In this document: piece by piece, positions 8,901-18,494 of the stretch | Position numbering within the stretch: the first letter of the stretch is position 1 | Layout of the letters: each line of letters begins with the position of its first letter | DNA from: Minisyncoccota bacterium | GTDB lineage: Bacteria; Patescibacteriota; Minisyncoccia; UBA9983 | Assembly (NCBI GenBank): GCA_041648395.1 | Contig: JBAZPC010000001.1 | Span: 31,173 to 95,172, forward strand | Direction: 5' to 3' | DNA: 64,000 nucleotides | Made by a program: the position numbers and the translations under genes | Notes under the pieces: generated by a model | The model's input: only the letters and a program-made list of their open reading frames with translations | What the model was told of the DNA's origin: nothing | Databases searched by the model: none

Positions 8901-8925
8901 TGAAATTGCCGGTTAAAAATGTATA
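8901..8925 (+). repeat. Scar 3: residual kinase C-terminal tail (KLPVKNV*) directly upstream of rmuC
   Basis: TGAAATTGCCGGTTAAAAATGT (8901-8922) is identical to 6149-6170; its first 17 nt match 3400-3416. Confidence 0.85.
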
Positions 8926-8934
8926 ATAATTAAA

Positions 8935-9969
8935 ATGGACACGGCGCAGATAATTATAATTGCAGTGCTTGCGACGGTTGTCGTTTGGCTTTTGGCGACG
9001 CGCAAAAAAGAGGAGGAGGGCGACGGCAACGGCGCCATTTTGATGATGCAGGAACAGCTGAAGGAAATCAGGAATACCTTGGACACGAAAATGGGGGAGT
9101 CAACAAAGGCCGTTCAACATCAATTCAGTGAGAGCGCCAAAATTATCCGCGACGTCACGGAAAAACTCACAAAGCTTGACGAAACAAACAAGCAGGTTGT
9201 CGGCTTCGCCGATCAACTTCAAAATTTGCAGGATATTTTACAGAATCCGAAGCAGAGAGGAGTGCTGGGCGAATATTATTTGGAAACCGTGCTAAAAAAT
9301 GTCCTTCCGCCGGGCAGATTCCAAATGCAATATAAATTTTCTGATGGAGAAATCGTTGACGCCGTGATCTTTTTGGATAAAGATAAAATCTTGCCCATTG
9401 ATTCAAAGTTTTCTTTGGAAAATTATAATCGCATTCTGGGCGAGAGAAACGCAACTGAGCGGGAAAATTTTGAAAAAGCGTTCAAGCAGGATCTGAAAAA
9501 CAGAATTGACGAAACCTCAAAATACATCAGACCAAAAGAGGGGACGATGGATTTCGCTTTTATGTTTATTCCCTCGGAGGCGATTTATTACGACTTGCTA
9601 ATTAACCAAGTCGGCGCGGTAAAGACCAACACGCGCGATCTCATAGAATACGCGTTCCAGCAGAAGCATGTCATTATTGTTTCCCCCACGTCGTTTATGG
9701 CATATTTGCAGACAGTTTTGCAGGGATTGCGGGCGTTGCAGATAGAGGAATCGGCGAAAGAGATAAGGAAGAGAGTTGAGGAGCTCGGCAGGCATTTGGG
9801 CAACTATGAGCAGTTTATGAAAAAGCTTGGCGTGAATTTAACAACTACCGTCAACGCTTATAACGCGTCTTATAAAGAGCTGAATAAAATAGACAAAGAT
9901 GTCTTGCGCATCACCGGCGAAGCCGTCGGCATGGAACCAATGGCGCTTGACAAACCAGAGGAGGTTTGA
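8935..9969 (+). CDS. rmuC: DNA recombination protein RmuC
   Basis: N-terminal TM plus coiled coil; NPKQRGVLGE, IDSKFSL, KYIRP..T.DFA.MFIPSEA, IVSPT. Confidence 0.93.
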   Translation: MDTAQIIIIAVLATVVVWLLATRKKEEEGDGNGAILMMQEQLKEIRNTLDTKMGESTKAVQHQFSESAKIIRDVTEKLTKLDETNKQVVGFADQLQNLQDILQNPKQRGVLGEYYLETVLKNVLPPGRFQMQYKFSDGEIVDAVIFLDKDKILPIDSKFSLENYNRILGERNATERENFEKAFKQDLKNRIDETSKYIRPKEGTMDFAFMFIPSEAIYYDLLINQVGAVKTNTRDLIEYAFQQKHVIIVSPTSFMAYLQTVLQGLRALQIEESAKEIRKRVEELGRHLGNYEQFMKKLGVNLTTTVNAYNASYKELNKIDKDVLRITGEAVGMEPMALDKPEEV

Positions 9970-9975
9970 TATACT
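9947..9975 (+). promoter_or_regulatory. Sigma70-type promoter for the 10027 gene
   Basis: TTGACA-N17-TATACT overlapping the end of rmuC. Confidence 0.7.
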
Positions 9976-10026
9976 ATTTTTAGATTTAAAAATAAAAACT
10001 AAAACCAATTAAGAAGGAGGATTGAA

Positions 10027-10836
10027 ATGCTTATAAGATTATTTGGAGCAATCCAAAGGTATTTTGGAGCGCTGGCGCGGTTGCAGGAAGTTTTGTTGCC
10101 TTGTATAGTAAAGGCAATGGTGCACAAAAGAGAAAAATTGACCGCGAAAGAGGAACACGTACTGGATTTTTTTGCCCACTCCTCAATAGAAATGTTGACT
10201 AAGCGCCTTACTAAAAAAAGAGTGATGATTGCATTAGTGGGACTTGTGGGGTCTGGAAAAAGTTCAGTGGCACATGAACTTGCACCTGAAATAGGCGCAG
10301 CGGTGATTGAAGGAGACGCAATCCGCGTTTTTCTTCGCAAAGAAGGAGAAAGATATGATAAAGCAAGAAGAATAGCTGAAGATGCCGGTTTATATCTTCT
10401 GGGGCGCGGCGCCAACGTAATTTTTGACTCCGACCATATTGACCCTGCCAAGCGCGCGAGCTTGAAAGCCAAAGCGAAAGAAGTCGGCGCCGAGTTGATT
10501 TTTATCCGCACATTTACCGACAGCAACGACAATCCGCAAATTCCCGGCTATAATCTTGATGAGATGATAGGAAGGAATATGATTGCACCGCCCGATAAAT
10601 TTTTTAGTAAGGCATCGACGTCGTGGGAAGGGACTGCTCAGCAAAAAGGCTCCGTTGTTAAACTGCGCGAAATGATAAGGCGAATTCTTCACCATTATCG
10701 TTGGGTCAACGAAACTGGCGGCAGATTTATCCTCAGAAAACTTCCGTTCAAAATATTCGCGGAAATAAATACCATTAACCCAAAATGGGAGAAAGAGGTT
10801 AAAAAAATGGCCGAGAAAATTATTGAAAAGTTTTAG
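10027..10836 (+). CDS. P-loop kinase-like protein (AAA_33-like)
   Basis: Walker A GLVGSGKS, D.IR, VIFDS; SD AAGGAGG. Confidence 0.7.
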   Translation: MLIRLFGAIQRYFGALARLQEVLLPCIVKAMVHKREKLTAKEEHVLDFFAHSSIEMLTKRLTKKRVMIALVGLVGSGKSSVAHELAPEIGAAVIEGDAIRVFLRKEGERYDKARRIAEDAGLYLLGRGANVIFDSDHIDPAKRASLKAKAKEVGAELIFIRTFTDSNDNPQIPGYNLDEMIGRNMIAPPDKFFSKASTSWEGTAQQKGSVVKLREMIRRILHHYRWVNETGGRFILRKLPFKIFAEINTINPKWEKEVKKMAEKIIEKF

Positions 10837-10848
10837 TTTATTTTTGTG

Positions 10849-10883
10849 AGGCAAGGTTGTTGCGAGATGACCTTGCCTTTTTT
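10849..10883 (+). terminator. Intrinsic terminator
   Basis: AGGCAAGGT...ACCTTGCCT followed by a T run. Confidence 0.7.
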
Positions 10884-10901
10884 ATTTTGTTCTGCTAAGA
10901 T

Positions 10902-11237
10902 ATGAACATTATGACAAAAATTGCGGTTATTATGACCGGCGGGAAGCAGTATGTGGTCAAGCCGGGGGATGTGTTAAATATTGAGAGAATTGCTGCCAAG
11001 AAAGACGGCAGTATTGATTTTGATAAAGTGCTTTTGACGGCCGACCCCGCCGATAGCGGGGCAAGTGGGATTAAAATCGGTACGCCGTTTGTTGCAGGAG
11101 CCAAGGTCTCCGCTAAAACGGAAGGCGAGATAAGAGGAAAGAAAACAATCGCCATGCGATATAAAGCAAAAACCCGCACCCAAACCAGAAAAGGCCATAG
11201 GCAAACCTATACCAGTATAAAAGTAGTTAGTATTTAG
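10902..11237 (+). CDS. rplU: 50S ribosomal protein L21
   Basis: AVIMTGGKQY.V..GD, IGTPFV.GAKV, GHRQ.YT. Confidence 0.96.
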   Translation: MNIMTKIAVIMTGGKQYVVKPGDVLNIERIAAKKDGSIDFDKVLLTADPADSGASGIKIGTPFVAGAKVSAKTEGEIRGKKTIAMRYKAKTRTQTRKGHRQTYTSIKVVSI

Positions 11238-11250
11238 TATCCAGTATTTT

Positions 11251-11880
11251 CTAACTCCTATTTTTTAGCGCGTTGTTTAATGTTTCGCTGTCTATGTATT
11301 CCAATTCGGTGCCAGTGGAAAGTCCGCGGCCGAGCTTTGATGTTTTTATTTCTTGTCCGCCTTTGGAGGATAATGGCTGTAAAATTTTCTCTATATAACG
11401 ACTAGTATTTTCGCCTTCTATTGTGGCGCTCAACGCCAAAATAATTTCCAGGGGCTCTCCCTGTACTGAGCTTTGTCGAAGCATTTCAAATAAGTCCTTG
11501 AAGCGCAACTCGCTGGCATTATTCTTTCCGTTCAATGAAATAGTTCCGCCCAAAATAAAATATTTTCCGTTGTAGACGCCTGTTTTTTCCAAATTATCTA
11601 AATCAACATTTTTTTCAACCACCATAAGCAGGGAAGAGTCGCGGTTCGGGCTTGAACATATACCGCATAACGGCGAACCGACGCCTGGCGTCAGTGATTC
11701 GTAAAAACGAAAACAGCTTGAACATTGCTTGGCGTTTTTTTTGATTTCCAAAATCGCCTCGGCAAGGGCGCTGGCGAAGTCCTTATTTTCGCCCGCTAAA
11801 AAATAAGCGAAACGCCTAGCTTGCCTCGGCCCAATGCCGGGAAATTTGAGAAAAAGTTCGGTCAGTTTTTCAAAAATCAT
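11251..11880 (-). CDS. recR: Recombination mediator RecR
   Basis: FPGIGPRQARR, C4 zinc finger, TOPRIM (VVE; ATIEGENT), G.ELEYID..TL. Confidence 0.95.
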   Translation of the reverse strand: MIFEKLTELFLKFPGIGPRQARRFAYFLAGENKDFASALAEAILEIKKNAKQCSSCFRFYESLTPGVGSPLCGICSSPNRDSSLLMVVEKNVDLDNLEKTGVYNGKYFILGGTISLNGKNNASELRFKDLFEMLRQSSVQGEPLEIILALSATIEGENTSRYIEKILQPLSSKGGQEIKTSKLGRGLSTGTELEYIDSETLNNALKNRS

Positions 11881-13235
11881 AAGTCGCCAAAGTCACCCTT
11901 TTCTATGTTCATAAAGCTGACTTTGTCAGGGTTGAAATAAAGCTGAAGTTTTCCTGTCGGTCCGTTTCTGTGTTTTTCAATAAGTATCTCGGCAATATTT
12001 TTCTTGTCTGAATTTTCATTATACATATCTTCTCTATAAATAAACATAACCACGTCCGCGTCTTGTTCAATACTTCCGGAATCCCGCAGGTCGTGGAGCT
12101 TTGGCCTTCTGTCGTGGCGCGATTCCACGGCTCTGGAAAGCTGCGAGATTGCTAAAATCGGCACGTCCAGTTCTTTTGCTAATCCCTTGAGCGAGCGGGA
12201 AATTTCCGTCATTTGCTGGACGAGGTTGTCTGTTTTTTGGCGGGGAACCATAAGGCCGAGATAATCCACAATCAAAAGCCCAAGCCCGTGCTCCGCTTGC
12301 ATTCTGCGCGCCATGGCGCGCATTTGCATAATGTTGTTGGATGCCTCGTCGTCAATAAAAAGAGGGATTTTGGAAAGCGTGTCCAAGGCATCGCTGATGC
12401 GTCGAAACTCATCATCCGTGGAGAGTCGGCCTGTGCGCAATTTCCATGAATCAACGTGCGCCTCCGCCGCCAAGAGGCGGTCAATGAGCTGTTGCGAGGA
12501 CATTTCCAAACTGAAGACGCCGACAGGGATGCCTTTTTTGGCGACATTTCTGGCAATATCCAAAGCCAAAGCGGTTTTTCCCATAGAAGGCCTGGCTGCC
12601 AAAATAATAAGGTCTGATTTTTGAAATCCAGCAAGCTTGTCATCAAGCTCGCGAAAACCGGACGGAATGCCGCGCATTTCTTCTTTTGATTTATGCAGGC
12701 GGTCAATTCTTTCCCACGCTTCCGTAAGAGCGGTTTTGATATTTTGAAATTTTTGTTTTATAGAATATCTGGCGATGCTGAATATCTTTTTTTCCGCCTC
12801 ATCAAGAAGGACTTCCACATCGTCTTCTTCCTGATAACCCAAATTTGAAATATGGCTTGAAGATTCTATTAAGTCCCTTAAAATTTTTTTCTTGCGCACA
12901 ATTTCCGCGTAATGTTTGGCGTTGGCGGAAGAAGGAGTGCTGTTCACGAGTTCGGTGAGATAGGAATTTCCTCCGATTTGCTTAAGTATCTTTTTTTCTT
13001 TTAGCCGAGAGGTGATAGAAAGAATATCTATGGGTTCCTTTTTTTTATAGAGGTCCAGCATGGCTTCGTAAATCTGCTCGTTTTTCTGGTCGTAAAAATC
13101 TTCCGCTTTTAAAATATCCACAATGACATTCATAATTTTGTGGTCAAGCATCAAAGAACCCAGAACCGAGCGTTCCATTTCAATATCCTGAGGCGGGATT
13201 CTAAGATTAGATTTAACGCTTTTCTCCGGCGACAT
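11877..13235 (-). CDS. dnaB: Replicative DNA helicase DnaB (start probably MSPEK at 13235)
   Basis: PPQDIEME.SVLG, AARPSMGKT, SLEMS, VDYL, SQLSR, DLRDSGSIEQDAD, KHRNGP. Confidence 0.97.
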   Translation of the reverse strand: MSPEKSVKSNLRIPPQDIEMERSVLGSLMLDHKIMNVIVDILKAEDFYDQKNEQIYEAMLDLYKKKEPIDILSITSRLKEKKILKQIGGNSYLTELVNSTPSSANAKHYAEIVRKKKILRDLIESSSHISNLGYQEEDDVEVLLDEAEKKIFSIARYSIKQKFQNIKTALTEAWERIDRLHKSKEEMRGIPSGFRELDDKLAGFQKSDLIILAARPSMGKTALALDIARNVAKKGIPVGVFSLEMSSQQLIDRLLAAEAHVDSWKLRTGRLSTDDEFRRISDALDTLSKIPLFIDDEASNNIMQMRAMARRMQAEHGLGLLIVDYLGLMVPRQKTDNLVQQMTEISRSLKGLAKELDVPILAISQLSRAVESRHDRRPKLHDLRDSGSIEQDADVVMFIYREDMYNENSDKKNIAEILIEKHRNGPTGKLQLYFNPDKVSFMNIEKGDFGDL

Positions 13236-14640
13236 ACGGGTATAATAACACACCTTTGGCGGTGTCTTCAACCTCGTAGCCCTTTTGCCTTATTTTCTCA
13301 CGGAGTTTATCCGCTTCAGCCCAGTTTTTGGCCTTTCGCGCTTGTTCGCGTTTTTCGGCGAGGGCTACAATTTCTTTTGGTGTTTTTGCTTGTTTTGTTT
13401 TTGATTTAAACGCGTCTTTTAATTTTAATCCTAAGACCTTGTCAAAATCTAAAATAGTAGTCAGTTTTGAGTAGTCAGTAGTCAGACGAGATTTTAATAA
13501 TTCCTGAACAATAGCCAACGCTTTGGGGGTATTCAGGTCGTCATTAATAGCGTCTAAAAATTTTTCTTTAAACTTTTTATCAACTTTTTTGTTAGCTGAA
13601 AGCTGAAAGCCCGCCTTGCCGTCGGGCAGGCTGAAAGCTGAAAGCTGGTTATATAAATTTTCCAGCCCCTTTTCCGCCGCCTCTAACGACTTCCATGTAA
13701 AATTTAATTTTGAGCGATAATGAGAAGTTAGAATAAGGTAACGAAAGGCAAGCAGATTTATTTTTTTGTTTTCCAAATCGCGGAGCGTAAAAATATTGCC
13801 GAGCGACTTTGACATTTTTTGCCCGTCAACCAAAAGATGCTCTCCATGAACCCAATATTTAGAAAATGTTTTTCCGGTCGCGCCTTCGGATTGGGCTATT
13901 TCGTTTTCGTGGTGGGGGAATATCAAATCAACCGCGCCAGCATGAATATCTAATGTCTTACCGAGATATTTCATGCTCATCGCCGAACATTCAATGTGCC
14001 AGCCCGGCCGGCCCTTGCCCCTAGGGTGACCCGGGCTAGTCCATGGACTTGGCCACGACGGCTCGTTTGGTTTTGCCGATTTCCATAAAACAAAGTCCCG
14101 CGCCTGTTTCTTATTGTATTCATCGGCGGATATTCTCGCGCCAATTTTTATCTCGCGTTTTTTAAGCTGCGACAGCTTTCCGTAATTCTTGAATTTTTTA
14201 ATGCTGAAATAAATTGACCCGTCTTCTCCTCGGTAGGCAATTCTTTTCGTGAGCAATTTCTTTGTTATATCAATCATTTCTTTGATATGTCCGGTGGCCT
14301 TGGGATAAAATTCCACTTTTTCTATGTTTAGTTTTTTCAGGTCTTCAAAAAATATTTTCGTATATGGTTTGGTGACAGTATATATATCCTTCCCTTCTGC
14401 TTGCGCTTTTTTAATAATTTTATCTTCTATATCTGTAATGTTCATGGCCTGCTTTACTTGATAGTCGTTGAATTTCAAAACACGGCGCAAAATATCTTCA
14501 AAAATGTAAGTGCGTAAATTGCCGATGTGCGCGAAATCATAAACAGTCGGCCCGCAAGTATACATGCCGACTTTGCCTTTTTTTATCGGCTTAAAAATTT
14601 CTTTTTTGAGAGAAAGTGTGTTGTATATTTTTACAGCCAT
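13213..14640 (-). CDS. cysS: Cysteine--tRNA ligase
   Basis: CGPTVYDFAHIGN, GRPGWHIECS, DLIFPHHENE, KMSKS. Confidence 0.97.
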   Translation of the reverse strand: MAVKIYNTLSLKKEIFKPIKKGKVGMYTCGPTVYDFAHIGNLRTYIFEDILRRVLKFNDYQVKQAMNITDIEDKIIKKAQAEGKDIYTVTKPYTKIFFEDLKKLNIEKVEFYPKATGHIKEMIDITKKLLTKRIAYRGEDGSIYFSIKKFKNYGKLSQLKKREIKIGARISADEYNKKQARDFVLWKSAKPNEPSWPSPWTSPGHPRGKGRPGWHIECSAMSMKYLGKTLDIHAGAVDLIFPHHENEIAQSEGATGKTFSKYWVHGEHLLVDGQKMSKSLGNIFTLRDLENKKINLLAFRYLILTSHYRSKLNFTWKSLEAAEKGLENLYNQLSAFSLPDGKAGFQLSANKKVDKKFKEKFLDAINDDLNTPKALAIVQELLKSRLTTDYSKLTTILDFDKVLGLKLKDAFKSKTKQAKTPKEIVALAEKREQARKAKNWAEADKLREKIRQKGYEVEDTAKGVLLYPYVAGEKR

Positions 14641-15554
14641 CTTTTGCTTTTGAAAAAGAAAAACATAACCGTCGTTGCCATTGCCATAATTCCTATCACT
14701 ATCCAGAAGTCGCCAGGAGTTCCAACTATCGGCGTGAATTTGGTATCCATGCTAAAAAGTCCGGCAAAAAGCATGAGAGGAAAAGTGAGAAACGCCACGA
14801 TTGTAAAGGTCTTCATAATTTCGTTTGACCTATGCGAGAGAAGGGAGTCAACCGTTTCCTGCAGCGATTCAATTGTTTCTCTATATCCGCCAGCAATGTT
14901 CCAAATTTTGTAGTATTCTCCAATAATATTACTCAAATAATGGTCAAAGCCGTCTTTGAAAAAACTTTTGCAGGCGTGGTCAAGGGAGATAAAAACTTCC
15001 TTGTGAGGGTGAATAATTCTTCTGAAATCAAGAATATCCCTCCTTGTGTGAGAAATTTTTCTTACTAAATCGTATTGGGCACCTTTTCCTTTTTCAAACA
15101 TTCTTTGTTCAATGTCGGCAATTTTTGCCTGAACGGTATCTAATTGTTTCAAAGAAAAATCGTATAATTGCCTGACGATATAAAACATTAATATTCCGGT
15201 GTTTTTCGTCAGATATCTTTCACCTAGCATGGCGTCCGCTTCAAATATCTTTGTCATTTCATAAAGAGGCGGAATGGTTTTGTAATGAGTGGTGATGAGA
15301 AAGTTTTTCCCAACAACAAAATCAATCTCGCAATCGCTATAACTGCGCGTGGTGTTGTCAAAAATAGGGAAATGAATGACAAGATAAATAAATTCCTCAA
15401 AGACGTCTACTTTGGCCCTAAAAGTCGGCTTCAAAAGTTCGTTGGCCACGAGGGGATGAATTGAATATTTGTGCATTATCTGTTTAACCTCGTCGTTTGT
15501 CGGGTTTTCCAAATCAATCCAACTCAATTTTTTGTGTTTAAACGTGGAAATCAT
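14631..15554 (-). CDS. corA: CorA family Mg2+/Co2+ transporter
   Basis: WIDLENP, IHPL, N..MK..T and two C-terminal TMs. The GMN signature appears as SMD. Confidence 0.85.
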   Translation of the reverse strand: MISTFKHKKLSWIDLENPTNDEVKQIMHKYSIHPLVANELLKPTFRAKVDVFEEFIYLVIHFPIFDNTTRSYSDCEIDFVVGKNFLITTHYKTIPPLYEMTKIFEADAMLGERYLTKNTGILMFYIVRQLYDFSLKQLDTVQAKIADIEQRMFEKGKGAQYDLVRKISHTRRDILDFRRIIHPHKEVFISLDHACKSFFKDGFDHYLSNIIGEYYKIWNIAGGYRETIESLQETVDSLLSHRSNEIMKTFTIVAFLTFPLMLFAGLFSMDTKFTPIVGTPGDFWIVIGIMAMATTVMFFFFKSKRWL

Positions 15555-15583
15555 AACGTTTTTATTATAGCATAGGACTGCAA

Positions 15584-16684
15584 ATGTTTGAAATTAAAAA
15601 AAGGCATAAAAAGGCGCGGCTGGGGATTTTAACGACGCCCCACGGCAAAATTCAGACGCCGAATCTGGCTTTTGTGGCAACTCACGGAAATATAAGGATT
15701 CTGGACAAAAAAGAACAAAAAACAGCCGGACCAGATTTGATAATAGCCAACACTTTTCATCTTTGGGTGAATAAAAAAGTCGGCGAAATAAAAAAGGCCG
15801 GAGGAATCCATAAATGGAACGGATTAAAAATTCCGACAATGACCGACAGCGGGGGTTTCCAGGTGTTTAGCTTGGGATGGGGGAAAACCCACAACATAGG
15901 AAAAGTTAAATCTAAAATCTCAAACATCAAAACTGACGGTAAATCGCAAGTGAAAATAAACAATAACGGCGTGGTTTTTGAATATGACGGCAAAAAATAC
16001 GAACTGACGCCGGAAAAATCAATCAAGCTTCAGCGCGACATCGGCGCCGATATTATTTTTGTTTTTGACGAATGCACTTCGCCTTTGCACGATTTTGCTT
16101 ACAATAAAAAATCTTTAAAGAGGACACACAGGTGGGCCAAGCAGTCGTTATCGGCGCATAAAAGATTTATGATTCATGATTCAAGATACAAGCAACAACT
16201 TTTCGGCATAGTGCAAGGGGGCGTTTATGAAAAATTAAGAAAGGAGTCGTCAAAATTTGTCGGCGCGCTTGATTTTGACGGCTTCGGTATCGGCGGTTCG
16301 TTCGGAGAAAAACAGATGGGAATGGTCTTGGAATGGGCGTTGAGCGGTTTGCCGGAGGAAAAACCGCGCCACCTGCTTGGCATTGGCAAAATAAAAGATA
16401 TTTTTATCGCAGTAGAAAAGGGGATAGACCTTTTTGACTGCGCCATTCCCACGCGCGAAGCAAGGCACGGGGCCATTTACACAAAAGACGGAAAAATAAA
16501 TTATAGGAAAAAAGGAATGAAATTTCACAACATTTACAAAAAAGACAAAATCAAAGCGATGAAACTCGCCACGATTCATAACATCAAATTTTACAAGGAA
16601 TTATTCAGCGAAATTCGCAAAACAATAAGAAAGGGCAAAAACCTAAGCGCCTTGAAAAAAGAATATAAAGGGTGTATCATTTAG
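15584..16684 (+). CDS. tgt: tRNA-guanine transglycosylase
   Basis: ARLG..TTPHG.I.TP, ANTFHL, TDSGGFQVFSL, FDEC, GIVQGG, PRHLLGIG, DLFDC..PTR.AR.G. Confidence 0.92.
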   Translation: MFEIKKRHKKARLGILTTPHGKIQTPNLAFVATHGNIRILDKKEQKTAGPDLIIANTFHLWVNKKVGEIKKAGGIHKWNGLKIPTMTDSGGFQVFSLGWGKTHNIGKVKSKISNIKTDGKSQVKINNNGVVFEYDGKKYELTPEKSIKLQRDIGADIIFVFDECTSPLHDFAYNKKSLKRTHRWAKQSLSAHKRFMIHDSRYKQQLFGIVQGGVYEKLRKESSKFVGALDFDGFGIGGSFGEKQMGMVLEWALSGLPEEKPRHLLGIGKIKDIFIAVEKGIDLFDCAIPTREARHGAIYTKDGKINYRKKGMKFHNIYKKDKIKAMKLATIHNIKFYKELFSEIRKTIRKGKNLSALKKEYKGCII

Positions 16685-16725
16685 TTTAGGTTTTTGAATA
16701 TTAACAACAAAATAGGAGGTTGAAA

Positions 16726-17220
16726 ATGAGATTAATAGGAAACAAAATGAACAACGGAGAAGCAACTCTTTGTTATTGCCAGAGTTGCGGGAGTTGTTGC
16801 GGACAAGAATTCTTTACTCCCGGAAAAGATGGCCCGTTTTTTTCATCTCTATCGCCAGAAAGGATTTATAGTAGAGTTATTTTTGGAGTTCACCCCGAGG
16901 TCCACCAAAAACAGGTTGTACCTGTGTGTTTAGAGGTTGTATATTTTTGCAACTTCTGCGAGTGGCGTACAACAAACGGCCCCGATGAGGTGATGGAGAT
17001 AGTTATTAAACTAGCTGTTGTAAATGAAAAAATTGGGAGGGTAGAGCAGTGGAGAGCTGATTTTATTCCCGATTTGGGATGTTGGATTACTTTTTCTCGC
17101 GTGATAAGAGGAAAAGACAAGTGCAAATTTAACTATCAAATGAATGTTGCTCAGCTTGGTGACGTTTTGGTCGCGTTAAAAGAGCTGGAGGGTAATCCTT
17201 TCAAATTCAAATTTCAGTAA
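16726..17220 (+). CDS. Hypothetical Cys-rich protein (possible zinc binding)
   Basis: SD AGGAGG precedes the ATG at 16726; CYCQSCGSCC and CNFC motifs; has its own terminator. Confidence 0.65.
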   Translation: MRLIGNKMNNGEATLCYCQSCGSCCGQEFFTPGKDGPFFSSLSPERIYSRVIFGVHPEVHQKQVVPVCLEVVYFCNFCEWRTTNGPDEVMEIVIKLAVVNEKIGRVEQWRADFIPDLGCWITFSRVIRGKDKCKFNYQMNVAQLGDVLVALKELEGNPFKFKFQ

Positions 17221-17230
17221 AAAATACAAG

Positions 17231-17256
17231 AAAAACAGGTGCTTGCACCTGTTTTT
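17231..17256 (+). terminator. Intrinsic terminator
   Basis: AAAAACAGGTGC-tt-GCACCTGTTTTT. Confidence 0.75.
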
Positions 17257-17276
17257 ATTTTTGCTAGAATAATTAA

Positions 17277-18494
17277 GTGAGTAAGTTAAAAAAATCTCTT
17301 TATTTTATTATTGTATTGGCGCTGTTTGGCGGGGTTTTTACCAGTGGCGCCATTTTTGGCTATTACAAACGGCCGGCGGTTGAAAAGGTTTATACGCTTT
17401 TCAATAAGGAGGCGACCAAACCGGCTGACATTGATTTTTCGCCGTTCTGGGTGGCATGGAGTACAATTGAACAAAAATACGTCTCAAAGGACACTGTGGA
17501 CAACCAAGCCATGGTCTGGGGCGCCATCCAAGGCATGGTAAAGGGGCTTGGCGACCCCTACACGACATTTTTCCCGCCCCAAGAGTCAAAGATATTCCAA
17601 GAGAACATTCGGGGTGATTTCGGAGGGGTCGGCATGGAAATAGGAATCAGAAAAGGCGTTCTCATAGTAATTTCTCCGCTTAAAAACACGCCGGCATACC
17701 GCGCGGGAATCAAAGCGGGGGATACAATCATAAAGATTGACGACACCATCACGACAGACATGACCGCCGATGAAGCGGCTAGTTTAATAAGAGGCGAGAA
17801 GGGAACGAAAGTGAAGCTGACCATATTAAGAAAAGACGCCGACGAACCTTTGGAATTTGAAATAACTAGAGACACAATAATTGTTCCGGTCTTGGACGCG
17901 GAAACGAAACCGGGTGGAATTTTCATTATCAAGCTTTATAATTTTTCCAACGGTTCCGCTGACGCATTCAGAGGCGCCTTGCGGGAATTCGTTCTTTCGG
18001 GACAAAACAATAAATTAATACTTGATTTGAGAAATAATCCCGGAGGATATTTGGAATCGGCGGTTGATATGGCGAGCTGGTTTTTACCCATCGGCGATGT
18101 TGTCGCCAGAGAAAAATTCGGCAGTGGCGAAGAAAATATTTTCAGAAGCAAGGGCTATGATATTTTCAATTCGCCAGCTGGCGAACTGCCTATGGTGATT
18201 TTGGTGAACGAGGGCAGCGCTTCCGCTTCGGAAATTTTGGCGGGAGCGTTGCAGGAGCACGGCATCGCCAAGCTGGTCGGCATAAAAACATTCGGTAAGG
18301 GCTCGGTGCAGGAACTGATTCAGATTACGCCAGATACTTCTTTAAAGCTTACTATCGCCAAATGGCTCACGCCGAACGGCAAATCACTTTCAGATAACGG
18401 GCTGGAACCGGATGTAAAAGTTGAAATGACAAAAAAAGACATAGACGCCAACAAAGACCCGCAGATGGATAAGGCGGTGGAATTATTAAAATGA
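17277..18494 (+). CDS. ctpA: Carboxyl-terminal processing protease (S41A)
   Basis: LGDPYT, PDZ domain, DLRNNPGG, SASASEI, TFGKGSVQ, G.EPD. Confidence 0.94.
   Translation: MSKLKKSLYFIIVLALFGGVFTSGAIFGYYKRPAVEKVYTLFNKEATKPADIDFSPFWVAWSTIEQKYVSKDTVDNQAMVWGAIQGMVKGLGDPYTTFFPPQESKIFQENIRGDFGGVGMEIGIRKGVLIVISPLKNTPAYRAGIKAGDTIIKIDDTITTDMTADEAASLIRGEKGTKVKLTILRKDADEPLEFEITRDTIIVPVLDAETKPGGIFIIKLYNFSNGSADAFRGALREFVLSGQNNKLILDLRNNPGGYLESAVDMASWFLPIGDVVAREKFGSGEENIFRSKGYDIFNSPAGELPMVILVNEGSASASEILAGALQEHGIAKLVGIKTFGKGSVQELIQITPDTSLKLTIAKWLTPNGKSLSDNGLEPDVKVEMTKKDIDANKDPQMDKAVELLK

Noticed and set aside
9999-10854. Minus-strand ORFs of 154-177 aa, and similar antisense ORFs across the window
   Set aside because: They lie antisense to well-supported genes and have no recognisable motifs.
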